DNA from: a virus
Lineage: Duplodnaviria; Caudoviricetes
DNA length: 61,513 nt
Virus record (IMG/VR): IMGVR_UViG_3300002171_000009
Span: 1-61,513 of that record
Reading direction: 5' to 3' (one strand)
Numbering within the stretch: position 1 is the stretch's first letter; every line of letters starts with the position of its first letter. Of the stretch, positions 19,970 through 30,612 are shown piece by piece. Position numbers and translations under genes: made by a program. The notes beneath the pieces were generated by a model. The model did no database searches. It saw only the letters and a list, made by a program, of their open reading frames with translations, and was not told the DNA's origin.

Positions 19970-22900
19970 TTACCTCTGCGTGTACCTACCCGTTGGCAAC
20001 TTCGCATAATTCGCTTCTAACCATGCTTTAACCTGTTCTTCGGGCAAATGCAGCTTTCCGGCTATGATGCGATGATCAACTGACCCATGAATGCCATATT
20101 CTTGACGAGCGGCTATGCGAATGCGTGTTATGTCGCTTGTTGGCGTTTCCATGTCGATTTTGCCCATCGTCTGGTTACTACTGGTTACTGCACGGTTACT
20201 ACACTGGTTACTATATATATCTCTCTCTATCTCTCTACTACTATCGTTTATCTCTTTTTCTTTCTTTGCGGTAACCAGAGTACCCACTTTTTGGGCCGAA
20301 AAATTATTTTCTTTTTTTTCTTTTAAGTTTTCTTCCTTTTCACCGGTTACTCTGGTTATTTGGGTACTCAGCGTCTCCTGTTGCTCTTTTTTAGTAACCA
20401 TTGGAGGGTTACCATCTCCGTTTGGTTGGGTACCTTCTGGAACCGTTGAGTCTGCGAATGCGGGTTTCTCCATTTTGACATACCATCCCCGGACCTTTGC
20501 CCCGTTTAGACTGACTTGGTACTTTTTTCTTTGCGTCCCATCCGGATTCGTCTTGCATATTAGGTATCCGGCTCTGAATAATGCCGTTGTCATGCTCTCT
20601 TCGGTTGGTATTTGGGTGAATATTTTGAGCTTTCCCATTTCTGCCAGAGTCGCGTCTGGCATCAACCACATTCCGTCCGGCATTGATTTTCCGATAGCAA
20701 AGCCTGCTATATGCTTTGTTGACGTTGAATCCATGAATAGTCCCGGGTTGCCCATCATGAGCTGATTCAATCCTCGGATAAACCGCGCCGCCTCCGTCTC
20801 TTCTCTGGTAGCAATGCCCTGTGATATTGCTAGGTTATCAAGAGCTGTGATAAATTTGCCTCTGAAATCTTGGAATACATTCCCCATCGGAGACATTTCA
20901 AGCAATTCCCAAACGGTTTTAAGAAGAGTATAAATGGTTGCCGTCCTGCCAGCGACCGTGTATCCGGCGTCTCTGAATTCTTCCAGTTTCATATTTTGAG
21001 TTTTATCAAATAAATCTCTGTTTATATTAGTAACTGATGTAAGAAACTTGAGCCAATGAAAACCCAATACGGGCATTAACTTAACATTTCTCTGTGCTTC
21101 TCGGAGCAATTTCGCATTGGTGCCTTGCCATTCTATGTCCGGTATTCGTGAGGTGGTGGCGGCATCTTGGGGTCTAACTTCGCCGGTGACAATAGGAGTG
21201 CAAGCGTACTCAAATCCATCTCTCAGGCCATTCTCTTTCGTTCCCTGGTTCTTGGAGTGACCTTCAAGCACGGCATTCATGAGACCCACATATTCAATTG
21301 CATCCCTAGAATCTACTGCCTTTACATTATCATAAATCTGTGGCAACCAACCCGCCAACGCGAATATGATACTCGCTGCATAGGTGGTCGTGTTTGCTTT
21401 TCCGCTCTTTAGGCTTGGTTCATCGGCATAACCAACCCCATAGACCGACATCGATATGCAAGCCATCGAGGTTTTAAAGGCATTTGTCAATCCCCAAAGC
21501 CCCAACCCAAACCGCTCGCTTTTGAACCATCGGGCATAAACCGGAGCACCGAATATGGCCGTGATTAGGATAGGAGCAAATGGATTAACTGCTAACAGTT
21601 TTCTCATTATTTCAATAGCAGCATCGAGATCACCGTCATAGACACACGCCGGGATTTTCGCAGAAAGTCGATATTCGATATTGGGCAGAAAGTCAATGCC
21701 TGGTATCAATGGCACTCCTTCTCTCCAGCATGGTACCTCTATTCTCTGCATAAGTCTTATGTTCTGAGATAGCTTTTGTACCTTCTGATAATCGAGTTTC
21801 CCAACTTCGTTTTTGCCCCCAAAAGCGTTAATTATCGCGGCCTTAAATTTCGCTGGAGTCGCCATATCTTCGGCTGGCAATGTAAAGCAAACCGATCGAT
21901 TGTCGATCGCGCCAACTCCCTTGAAGGTAAATTCCGTTATGCTTCCACAAGTGGTCTCCGTGTCAATCCTCAGAGCGCAATCACTCACCCATGCCAATCC
22001 CTTGAAAGTCTCCCCGGTCTCTTTGTTGGTCCTATTAACCACCTTATGGACGGTATAAATTTGTTTTCCGTCTCCGGTAGGCGGCATTATCCCGACCGTC
22101 CCCACTGGATCATCTTTTGTGACATAATTAAATTTTGGGCCTTCTATTTTAGAGTGTTCTGATAGTTTTTTCTGAAGATGGTAATCTCCGGGCCAAATAC
22201 ATCCTTTGCAATTGTCATCAGGAACACAATAACCAAGCCCCCCGATACCAGTATTGGGATATCCATCCGCCACTTTCTGAAGCGTCTTGCAATTTGGGCA
22301 AGACATTTGCCCAAACCAGAGATCAAATATCCTTGATTCCACATCACACTTTTGCGCAAGTTTTTCCCAAACAACAAAAGCCTTTTCCTCGGTCCACCCC
22401 GATTGATAAAGAAAAGAAGCTAGATCTCCTAGTGCCCGGTGTGGTCCCTTTCCTGGAGCAACTTTCTCTAGGATATTCTTCATGCACGGAGGAAAATAAC
22501 CCTCGCTTAACGGTTCTGGCAATCTCGATATTTTGGTTTTTTGGTTTCCTTTTGCTCGGCTCTTTCTGATTTTTAGCTCTTCTTGCATCATTTCGTCATA
22601 TGGAGATAATGCGTTGGTCAGTGCATCGCTTTCAGCCACATCGAAACTATCATACCAGGTCTTGCACTCTTCGAGAACCGCATCCTTGAGGGGCCACGCA
22701 GCCCGACCATAATCTATTGAGATATTGGCGGGATCTAATGGCACTACAACCAGGGGCAACTTCCTGTGAAGGGAGCAAATGCACTTGAACTTTCTTTTTT
22801 GACCTGTGAGCTTGTCGATCTTTACGATGCCGCGCAGTTCTTTGTGGTCTTGAAAAAAGTCATGCTCGATGTCTTGTAATAAAAGCTTGAATGCTCCCGT

Positions 22901-23458
22901 CCTGATCCTATAATATTCTTCTCGCTCATCTCCTGATAACCCCGAAGGAGACATGCATAAGGCGTGATGCAACAGAACATAAACCCCACCGCCCGACATT
23001 AGGCAATGGATGCTCTTTTCTATGCCCGCTTCCTTCAGCCTCTTGACCAGGTAGCCCGCCAGAGCCTCGACCGCTGCTTTTGTTGCTGGGTTTTGCATAT
23101 TATGAGCTATCGAATCTATGTCCGCCCCGAGGGTATAAGCCACACATTCCCGAAAGGTTCCGAGCGTTGGAACAGCTTCATGCTTGATATCATCCCATAT
23201 TCCGGTCAGGTCTCTAACACTTGGTTCCATCACATCGAGCAGAGCATAAAGAGTGCGATACTTTGAAGTGGTATCTTCATAATCATCTGGCACCCTAAGT
23301 CTCAGTCTATCATCCGGTAATGTGATGTACCACCCATCGTCTCCATTCAGGCAGCGGAATCCGTTACAGTCGATTGGTTTGGAGAACTTTTCTATAATTT
23401 CGCGAACCTTCGGTCTTGCATAATGTTCGCGAGTCATATCGGTGGCGGTGAAATTCAT
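19970..23458 (-). CDS. fused primase (AEP plus PriL-like Fe-S domain) and helicase-like ATPase
   Basis: ADID, SGGGVYV, FPPCMKNIL..H..LASFL..CPNC..C..C, then GLWGLTNAFKTS, IYDN and IVTGE. Confidence 0.8.
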   Translation of the reverse strand: MNFTATDMTREHYARPKVREIIEKFSKPIDCNGFRCLNGDDGWYITLPDDRLRLRVPDDYEDTTSKYRTLYALLDVMEPSVRDLTGIWDDIKHEAVPTLGTFRECVAYTLGADIDSIAHNMQNPATKAAVEALAGYLVKRLKEAGIEKSIHCLMSGGGVYVLLHHALCMSPSGLSGDEREEYYRIRTGAFKLLLQDIEHDFFQDHKELRGIVKIDKLTGQKRKFKCICSLHRKLPLVVVPLDPANISIDYGRAAWPLKDAVLEECKTWYDSFDVAESDALTNALSPYDEMMQEELKIRKSRAKGNQKTKISRLPEPLSEGYFPPCMKNILEKVAPGKGPHRALGDLASFLYQSGWTEEKAFVVWEKLAQKCDVESRIFDLWFGQMSCPNCKTLQKVADGYPNTGIGGLGYCVPDDNCKGCIWPGDYHLQKKLSEHSKIEGPKFNYVTKDDPVGTVGIMPPTGDGKQIYTVHKVVNRTNKETGETFKGLAWVSDCALRIDTETTCGSITEFTFKGVGAIDNRSVCFTLPAEDMATPAKFKAAIINAFGGKNEVGKLDYQKVQKLSQNIRLMQRIEVPCWREGVPLIPGIDFLPNIEYRLSAKIPACVYDGDLDAAIEIMRKLLAVNPFAPILITAIFGAPVYARWFKSERFGLGLWGLTNAFKTSMACISMSVYGVGYADEPSLKSGKANTTTYAASIIFALAGWLPQIYDNVKAVDSRDAIEYVGLMNAVLEGHSKNQGTKENGLRDGFEYACTPIVTGEVRPQDAATTSRIPDIEWQGTNAKLLREAQRNVKLMPVLGFHWLKFLTSVTNINRDLFDKTQNMKLEEFRDAGYTVAGRTATIYTLLKTVWELLEMSPMGNVFQDFRGKFITALDNLAISQGIATREETEAARFIRGLNQLMMGNPGLFMDSTSTKHIAGFAIGKSMPDGMWLMPDATLAEMGKLKIFTQIPTEESMTTALFRAGYLICKTNPDGTQRKKYQVSLNGAKVRGWYVKMEKPAFADSTVPEGTQPNGDGNPPMVTKKEQQETLSTQITRVTGEKEENLKEKKENNFSAQKVGTLVTAKKEKEINDSSREIERDIYSNQCSNRAVTSSNQTMGKIDMETPTSDITRIRIAARQEYGIHGSVDHRIIAGKLHLPEEQVKAWLEANYAKLPTGRYTQR
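20171..20435. repeat. GGTTAC/GTAACC iteron cluster around an AT-rich tract (candidate origin)
   Basis: GGTTAC at 20173, 20183, 20194, 20206, 20345 and 20407; GTAACC at 20271 and 20394; T-rich 20301-20340. Confidence 0.65.
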
Positions 23459-24012
23459 TCGATATTCCGCCCATCATAGTTCTCTGGTTTTTGTGGCTTT
23501 CCTATGCTTACCGCGATTGCGGTATTTTCTTTCGAATATGGAATAACTGCCTGAAGATTCGCGCATCCCATATTTATCATTAAAGCACATTCGGAAAACT
23601 TTATGAACGGCCACGAATGATAAGCTGCATAGTTTTGGGCCTTTGCGAAATCTTCTATTTTATAGAATTCGATGATAGAATCTGTTTTTTCACCTGATCG
23701 ATATGCAATAGAGAATTTTATGCCTTTGATTTCATCAAGCGGTTTTGCCATATCCAGATATCTTGAATGGAAGTCCTCCATGCGTATAGCGAATTTGTCT
23801 CCAGTCTTCGGGTCGGTTTCCTTCATGAAGTTCTTTTTCCATGCTTGGAAATCGTATATCTTCATAATGGGCACCTCTTACAATCGCCTTTGCAACACGG
23901 CGCTCCGGTCAATTCCTCATCACGATCAGTAACGATCTTCCGATCATGCTCTTGGCAATAGCTATAAATAGAATTAGATTCTCTATCATCTTGGTTCAAG
24001 CCAAACACCTCT

Positions 24013-24171
24013 TCAGGCGCTTGATGGCGCAAGCGCCCTCTCTTCATTTTCTGTCAATCCGGTTTTGTTTCTAAGAAATTCATCCCAGGTCAATTTCTCT
24101 TTTTTCCGTTCCTCATTTAGTTTGTCATGCTCCTTTTCATCGAGCGTCCAAAGGACCCTTTTAAAAGACAT
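24013..24171 (-). CDS. small RHH-like regulator
   Basis: MSFKRVLWTLDEKEHDKLNEERKKEKLTWDEFL (manual translation). Confidence 0.55.
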   Translation of the reverse strand: MSFKRVLWTLDEKEHDKLNEERKKEKLTWDEFLRNKTGLTENEERALAPSSA

Positions 24172-24243
24172 GATAAGTACTTAGTAGTACATCTATATCA
24201 ATGCTTTGCCCCATCCAACCGAAAAAAGAATCAAAGATACTGA

Positions 24244-24999
24244 TTATGCTTCCATCACCACAATAACCGTATTCGCCCCCGTCCCACTTTCCTTGAACGA
24301 TCCCTCCGGCAATGGCATGATACGCCCATTGTGCCCATCCACGAATTCCCGAAACTCCCGGCCCAATGCGTCATCTCGGAAGGTAACACCCGCGCTCATG
24401 ACAGAGACCAATTTGCCGCCCGGCTTCAGCATCCCAAAGGCACGAAGCGCATGTTTCACATCTTGCCTTTTTTCGAAATGTGGATTCATGGCGACGCGGT
24501 CGAACCGCATGGCAGTTTCCAGCTTCATGAAATCCGGTTCCGCAAACAAACTTATGGGTGGCATCCCATCGCCCAACAGAACCTTCCTATTGCCCTCTAG
24601 CAGCTCGCAGGCGAAGACTTTGGCTCCTCGATGGTACAATTCTGTGCTGATAGCTCCTTGCCCCGCAGACGGCTCTAGGATGTCTTGGCAGGGCCGGATG
24701 TCTGCCAGATCACACAATTGCATGACAATGGCCTTTGGGGTAGGGAAATAGCCATTCTTGCTCGGTGGTGTCACTTCCCCTGTTAGGATGGCATTGTCTA
24801 GTGCCCCTTCTGGATCGCTTGCAAATATATGTCCCTGCGCTTTCCGGTTCCATTTTCCGCCAATGGCTTCCAGTGCCTTGTTCACATCGACATAGAGTTT
24901 TCTGTCCAATTGGCCGCATGTCAATTTGACGCAACTTCCTTCGATGCTTGCCGTGCTGAGGACGGCCAAGACTTCTTCAGATAATTTAGTGGTTCTCAT
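24244..24999 (-). CDS. SAM-dependent amino (N6-adenine type) methyltransferase
   Basis: YFPTP, ILEPSAGQG, MNPHF (NPPF variant) and FKESGT. Confidence 0.85.
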   Translation of the reverse strand: MRTTKLSEEVLAVLSTASIEGSCVKLTCGQLDRKLYVDVNKALEAIGGKWNRKAQGHIFASDPEGALDNAILTGEVTPPSKNGYFPTPKAIVMQLCDLADIRPCQDILEPSAGQGAISTELYHRGAKVFACELLEGNRKVLLGDGMPPISLFAEPDFMKLETAMRFDRVAMNPHFEKRQDVKHALRAFGMLKPGGKLVSVMSAGVTFRDDALGREFREFVDGHNGRIMPLPEGSFKESGTGANTVIVVMEA

Positions 25000-25079
25000 T
25001 TTTCACATCTCCGAAATATTAAACGGTCCTCTCACTCCCGCGCACCAATATTCCGCACAAGATAGCGCCCTTGGATGGC

Positions 25080-25721
25080 CTATTGCAGCCATGCATCGAG
25101 TCTGGTAGGCAGCGCGGCGAGTCGCTTGCGGGCTATTTCGCAGTATGCCGGATCTTTTTCAATTCCTATGAAATGTCTATTGGTGTTTCGGCACGCAATT
25201 ATGGTTGTGCCCGATCCCAAAAACGGATCAAGAACCGTACCGTTTTCTGGGCACGCTTTAACCAATTCCGTCCAAAGTTCTAACGATTTTGGGCAAGGAT
25301 GATTTCCGACGCCCTTTTGGTTGTTTGTTATTGGTATATTCCAAGCATCTATACCAAGTTTGACATCACCGTAAACCAGAATCGGTTCCCATCCATTAAA
25401 GCCACACAACGGCGAAGGAGAGCATTGATTTGTTTTCGTCCATGAAGCAACCCATTTCGGGCGTTCTATTCGCTCGATGAAATCCAAAAAGTTCTTAGAG
25501 CCCGGCGTGATTAGCACTCCTTTAGAAACCCGTCTCATTTCTTTGAATATGGTCAGAATCCATGAGAAATATTCATCTTTTGACATATTATCATCATGCA
25601 TAGAATATTCAAGACCCGCATTATAGGGCGGGTCAGTCAAACAAATATCAAAATATTTATCAGGAAATTGCTTCATTTCTATAAGGCAGTCCCCGGTGAT
25701 AATTGTATCTAATAAATCCAT
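25080..25721 (-). CDS. beta-class N4/N6 DNA methyltransferase
   Basis: GDCL, TDPPY, HPCPKS, VLDPFLGSGTT and IGIE. Confidence 0.93.
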   Translation of the reverse strand: MDLLDTIITGDCLIEMKQFPDKYFDICLTDPPYNAGLEYSMHDDNMSKDEYFSWILTIFKEMRRVSKGVLITPGSKNFLDFIERIERPKWVASWTKTNQCSPSPLCGFNGWEPILVYGDVKLGIDAWNIPITNNQKGVGNHPCPKSLELWTELVKACPENGTVLDPFLGSGTTIIACRNTNRHFIGIEKDPAYCEIARKRLAALPTRLDAWLQ

Positions 25722-26284
25722 TCAATTATCTCCTCTTCTTTAGGTTCTATTTTATTATGACAACTCCGGCATACGGTGACTAGGTTATCTAACCGGTTCG
25801 TCCCTCCATCTTTAAAAGGAATTATATGATGAACGTCTAACTGCCTGTCAATATCGTTTTGTTTTATTCCGCACTCCTGGCATTGATAATTATCTCGGCT
25901 CATCGCGATTGACCGCTGTCTATTGTATCCGGGGCCGCGATAACATCGATTTCCTCCCACCCAGTTGGGATTTTTGGGTCCTACGCCAATTTCCAATTTT
26001 ATTCTTGTCTCGCTTACCTTTTTAGCAACTTCTGGATTCTTCATCGGATTATTCGTTTTCATCGCATCCGATCTTTGTTTTTTCCATTCATCGGTGTGCG
26101 TTTTCCCTTTAAAGTTACGACATAACACGTTTCCTTTTTTGAATCCGGTTGTCCTACTGCCGTTTGCATATGCAAGTTTCATTGCTTCTGATATCTTCTT
26201 TCCTCTGTCTGATATTGGGGTTCCCTTCGGTCGTGTCATTCTAAGGAGATTGTTTTGATAGTAGATAAACCTTTCTCCAGGCAA
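25709..26284 (-). CDS. HNH endonuclease with NUMOD-like repeats
   Basis: RDNYQCQECG..LDVHHI..GGTNRLDNLVTVCRSCH. Confidence 0.9.
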   Translation of the reverse strand: MPGERFIYYQNNLLRMTRPKGTPISDRGKKISEAMKLAYANGSRTTGFKKGNVLCRNFKGKTHTDEWKKQRSDAMKTNNPMKNPEVAKKVSETRIKLEIGVGPKNPNWVGGNRCYRGPGYNRQRSIAMSRDNYQCQECGIKQNDIDRQLDVHHIIPFKDGGTNRLDNLVTVCRSCHNKIEPKEEEIIEWIY

Positions 26285-26323
26285 TCTCCCTCGATTATCC
26301 TATCCACTTCCATGCTTCATCTC

Positions 26324-26830
26324 CTATGCAACCTCGACTACAAACGGACCCGCGCAACTCGCACTAAACCAAGCCGCACATTCCAATGCCTTGGTGATCA
26401 ACCTCTCCGGCGACAAGCAAGTCTTCTCCATCGCATACATGTAGCCTAATGCATATTTCGCGCCCGCGCCAATCGCCTCATATGACCCGACTTCCAAAAA
26501 CGAAAAATCCTCCCCCACAAAAAACAGCTCGCCCTTGTAACCTATCAAAAGAGTGGAATCCTCGATCTTTCCGCCATGTTCATCTATGCAGGCGCGGAGT
26601 GCCGGGATAAAGACGGCTCCCAAATAGTCGCCAGCAGCCTCATCTGGCAGGACCAGATTGTACTCGATGATGTCGGAGATCCTTTGATTTCCCGCCGTGC
26701 CTATAAGCATATCGCCTTTGCGGAAGATCTTCTTATGGGGCGTTCGGACACGATGCCAACCGTCCAGGGAAAGAGAATCCGATCCCATATAGATATGGCC
26801 ATTGCGGATTAATCCTATCACACATGTCAT
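26324..26830 (-). CDS. Ntn-hydrolase of the proteasome-beta/HslV-like family
   Basis: M-TCVIG (N-terminal Thr), GSDS, KKIF and AIGAGAKYALG. Confidence 0.8.
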   Translation of the reverse strand: MTCVIGLIRNGHIYMGSDSLSLDGWHRVRTPHKKIFRKGDMLIGTAGNQRISDIIEYNLVLPDEAAGDYLGAVFIPALRACIDEHGGKIEDSTLLIGYKGELFFVGEDFSFLEVGSYEAIGAGAKYALGYMYAMEKTCLSPERLITKALECAAWFSASCAGPFVVEVA

Positions 26831-28877
26831 GCGTGCATCGCCTCCCATTCCATCACATCCTCCCTCTTCCTCATCCAGACCCGGAAATGCTCACAGCCCT
26901 CATAACAATCATCAAACTCGCTCACCTTATTTTGATCGAGGCCACAACCATATAGGGTTGTGCAGGCCGCGGAGGTTCGTGCGATGAGGTTCGGGCAGGG
27001 ATTCATAGCCGCCCCATCACGAATTTGCGATAATCCTCAAGCGACACGAAATATTTGTGCTCCGGGCAAAATTTCTCGGTCGCCTCTGTCGTGTCACCGT
27101 CGAATAGCACGCATAGCAGGTTGCAAACCGATATATGGTGCGAGGCCATGCATTCCCAACATGGATTCATGGCCGCTTCCCTCCCTTCAGTCGTTCTTTC
27201 CTGCTCAATTTGGCTGGTCGCCAATCCGGGCACGTGGCCGCATCGCCCATCAGGCTTTGGCAGATTGGTCGCGTGACCCGGTAATAGCAGCGTTCGCAAG
27301 ATTGAAAGGCTGTCATCAGATCACATCTCGCAGGATCGCGATTTCCCTATCAATCACTTTCAATCTCTCCCCATATTGCTCCTTCGCTTCAAGAAGAAGA
27401 GCCAACGTTTCGCTTGGAGAAATCATGGTTGGTTTGATATCTTCATCTCTCTTACAATGCAATGGATGGGTCCTGAGTACCATTTGCCTTCGAGCCTCGA
27501 CCTCTTGAGTTGTGCATCCTGGTGACATCTCAAGCCCTCCTGAGCAATTCATAGCCGATCTGGAAGTTCACCACAGATATCAAATCGGCTACCTTGACAT
27601 TTTCTGGATAGCCAACTGCAATGTATTCGGGTCCTTCGCTAACTTCTATATGGTCACATGGATATAATTCAAGTTCTTGGACCAGTGGAACATGTTTGAA
27701 TTCGAAATCTAGCATCTCAATCCTGCTCCCACTTCTCGCAAAAATAATGTGGACTCACATTACACTGCCACACAGGACAAAAGCCCCATGCGGTAATAGA
27801 TTTGCCACATTGGTACAACTCGCAGCCATGACAGCAATCGGAGCCCCAAGGAATGATGCGGCTTTCCAGACACATTGCATCGAGCACATAGCCCTTTGTG
27901 CGGGCATCATACATTTCTTGGACGGCGATCATGTCAATCATGACCGATCCTCTCCGGATTTCTGGCAATCCATCCACCACAAATCACACAATAGCTGTGA
28001 TGCTTGTTTGGATTGTAGCCAAACGGCGAAATAGTATTGCAGCGAACGCAAAATCTATATGATATCACACGATAATCAATGGACGGAAATTTATTCCGGC
28101 CTGCTCTTCTCTTTGGCTTATCGATTCGGAGAGACGGCACCAAATGGGCGGTCTTTTTTCGACCCCAGACCATGAGATCGGTTAGCGTAAATGCCTCTTT
28201 CAGTTTGCCGATCTTATCACCATCTGCATGGGATTCTTCTAGCAGACTTTGGATGGCTTGTGAACTTCGGCTCATGGACTCTCCTTCCAGCAACAGCAAT
28301 ATTGCCAATCATAGACAATCATCATTCCTTTTATTCTGCAATGATGATAGTATTCGATGTTTCCGCAATTGCCGCAGTTGCATCCGAGTTTGTTATGCAA
28401 CCAGGCGGCCCATTTTACGAGTATCATGTCCTCTCACCTCTTGCTATTGCTTTTGATCTCACGTCGCACCTTGATCTCATCGATCTGTCCGCTCCATATT
28501 TGCCCATACCGGGCAAGAAGCCGCCTGCTGGATGGGCGAAGATGGATGAGGAGAGGTTGTTTCATAGGAGACCTTCCTTGGTAAGCTGCTCTCTGGCTGT
28601 CTTTTCAAGAGAACATCCTTTGCATTCATCGAAATGATCTCTATCCGGGCATGGACGGTCAACATCGACGCAGTTGCCGTCACACTCCTCGAAGTTCTCA
28701 ATTGCCTTGCGCACCAATGCGGCCTCTAGCTTCTCGATGCGCTTGGCGTCATGGTTCTCCTTTCGGATTTGTGCCTTGATGATACCTTCCATTTCGCTAA
28801 CGATATCCGCCGAATCGTCCCATCCTTCGCCCATTAGGCGCTCTATGGTTAGTTGAATATCCTTGCCGCTGACCATC

Positions 28878-29315
28878 CTATCCCATCCCCATCAATTCCT
28901 TATGCTCATATTCCAGGCACATGCGTGCATAATCGATTCTGGCGTCCTGCTCCTCGGCACTTAGCTCGTCCCATGATCGCTTTTCGCCATCATCCGCTCG
29001 CTGGAAGTTAAGCAGGCTTATGGCATGCTCCTTGATAAGCGCGGCCTCAAGTTTCTGAATGCGCTCGCCCTGCTCTTTCGATTTGATGACAATATTTGTA
29101 TCTCCTGCCGTCACCACGTTCAGATGTGTTTCATTATCGGCCAGAAGTCGTTCGATCTCCTTGGCTTGCCATCTGATGGCCTCAATCGCATCCAATATCT
29201 CTTTGCATTTCTCGGCGGCATCGGGCCGGATAGATTTGACTTCTAACAAGCCCCCCAACCAGGATATGCCATTTACGACCCTTTGATCCATTATACGCAC
29301 CCCACGCAAGGCCAT
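28878..29315 (-). CDS. hypothetical coiled-coil protein
   Basis: RIQKLEAAL motif, shared with 28562..28876 (RIEKLEAAL). Confidence 0.5.
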   Translation of the reverse strand: MALRGVRIMDQRVVNGISWLGGLLEVKSIRPDAAEKCKEILDAIEAIRWQAKEIERLLADNETHLNVVTAGDTNIVIKSKEQGERIQKLEAALIKEHAISLLNFQRADDGEKRSWDELSAEEQDARIDYARMCLEYEHKELMGMG

Positions 29316-29760
29316 CCATCAGCCGCATCAAATTCAACCGATGCTTTGTACGGTGGATCGAGGAGAATCTCAACCCTGCCTATCAATATTTCGCAGTTCT
29401 GTTGTTCGATTAACATTTTATATCCTCCATCACATAATACAAGCCATCTTTTCCTTTCTTAGCAGGCTTGCATTCATCGATATCTATGCCCGCACCGAGA
29501 AGGCATTGGCATGGAGCCAAGTCGTCTATTCCACATCCACATTCGGGGCGGGGCAACAAAGACCATCGCAACCCAGAGCGACGATCTGCTTTTCAGGATT
29601 TCACGAATACTTGGCATCAATATCTCCATCCAATTTCTCTTTTTAGTCTATCTATCTCCCTTTGTTTGTCTTGTTCCGCCTCTATATTGTGCAACCTTCG
29701 TAATTCTCGGTCAGTATCCGTCCCCAACAACGACTGTCGTTTTAATTCGCTTTCAAACAT

Positions 29761-30078
29761 TCAAATCGCCTCGATTGATCCATTTTCGAATACTTGGTAT
29801 TCCGTCCCATTGACAACCAGCAAGCTCTTCCCATCAGTCTGGTAGCCGTGGCTCTCTAAAAGAAACATGGCCCAAGACCTCTTATTGGCCACTCCATCAT
29901 GCACAGACTCGATGAACTGCCCCGCCGCCTCTATGCTATGTTCTTGGCTGCCTATCCCTGATGCATTGCCGGATACCTCCATGCTCATGGCATGTGAACA
30001 GGCGAGCAAGGCAGGACAGATGAGAGCCAATATGAAGGCATACCAGGCGAGGAGAAAAGCATTGCGAAGATCGGGCAT
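29761..30078 (-). CDS. secreted/membrane hypothetical protein
   Basis: Hydrophobic N-terminus ending CSHA. Confidence 0.5.
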   Translation of the reverse strand: MPDLRNAFLLAWYAFILALICPALLACSHAMSMEVSGNASGIGSQEHSIEAAGQFIESVHDGVANKRSWAMFLLESHGYQTDGKSLLVVNGTEYQVFENGSIEAI

Positions 30079-30372
30079 TCAGGCCACGTCCTCATATATT
30101 AGATAGCCATCCGCTGCAAACACCCGCAACCATGCACCATCTGCGATCTGTGCATTGGTCAGGTTCGCTTCCTTTTTGGCAACCTCGATCGCTTCTCGAT
30201 CGCTCTCCGCATCGTATTCGCATTCTTCCCCATCTGTCTTATATGAATATTGCATTTTCAAGCACCTCGCAATCTACTCTCCTATTGCACCTATGAGCAT
30301 ATATACTTTTCGGTGCTATAGGTACTTTTAATATCCGAAATGCTTATATACCATTCGATCCTATTACCACTC

Positions 30373-30612
30373 ATGAGCGAAAAGATAACTAAGGTCAGGT
30401 TACCAGAAGAGACAGAGAAAGCATTGGCCGCCTTCATGGCCCGTGAGATGATCTCCACAATGGATAAGAATGTGGTCATCGCCAGGGCACTGGAAGTCTA
30501 TCTATCGGACTATGCGAGGGAGGATGAGGAGCTGGCGGGACTGATCGAGAAGAGGAGCGCAGATAGGAGCAAAAGAGGAGTCGAGGCTTGGAGGAAGGGA
30601 TCGCATGACTGA
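30373..30612 (+). CDS. RHH-like regulator, leaderless
   Basis: ITKVRLPEETEKAL..DKNVVIARALEVYL; CTTATATA at 30343. Confidence 0.7.
   Translation: MSEKITKVRLPEETEKALAAFMAREMISTMDKNVVIARALEVYLSDYAREDEELAGLIEKRSADRSKRGVEAWRKGSHD

Noticed and set aside
24184-24194. AGATGTACTAC shared with the 58699 promoter region
   Set aside because: An 11-mer match is expected many times by chance in 61 kb.
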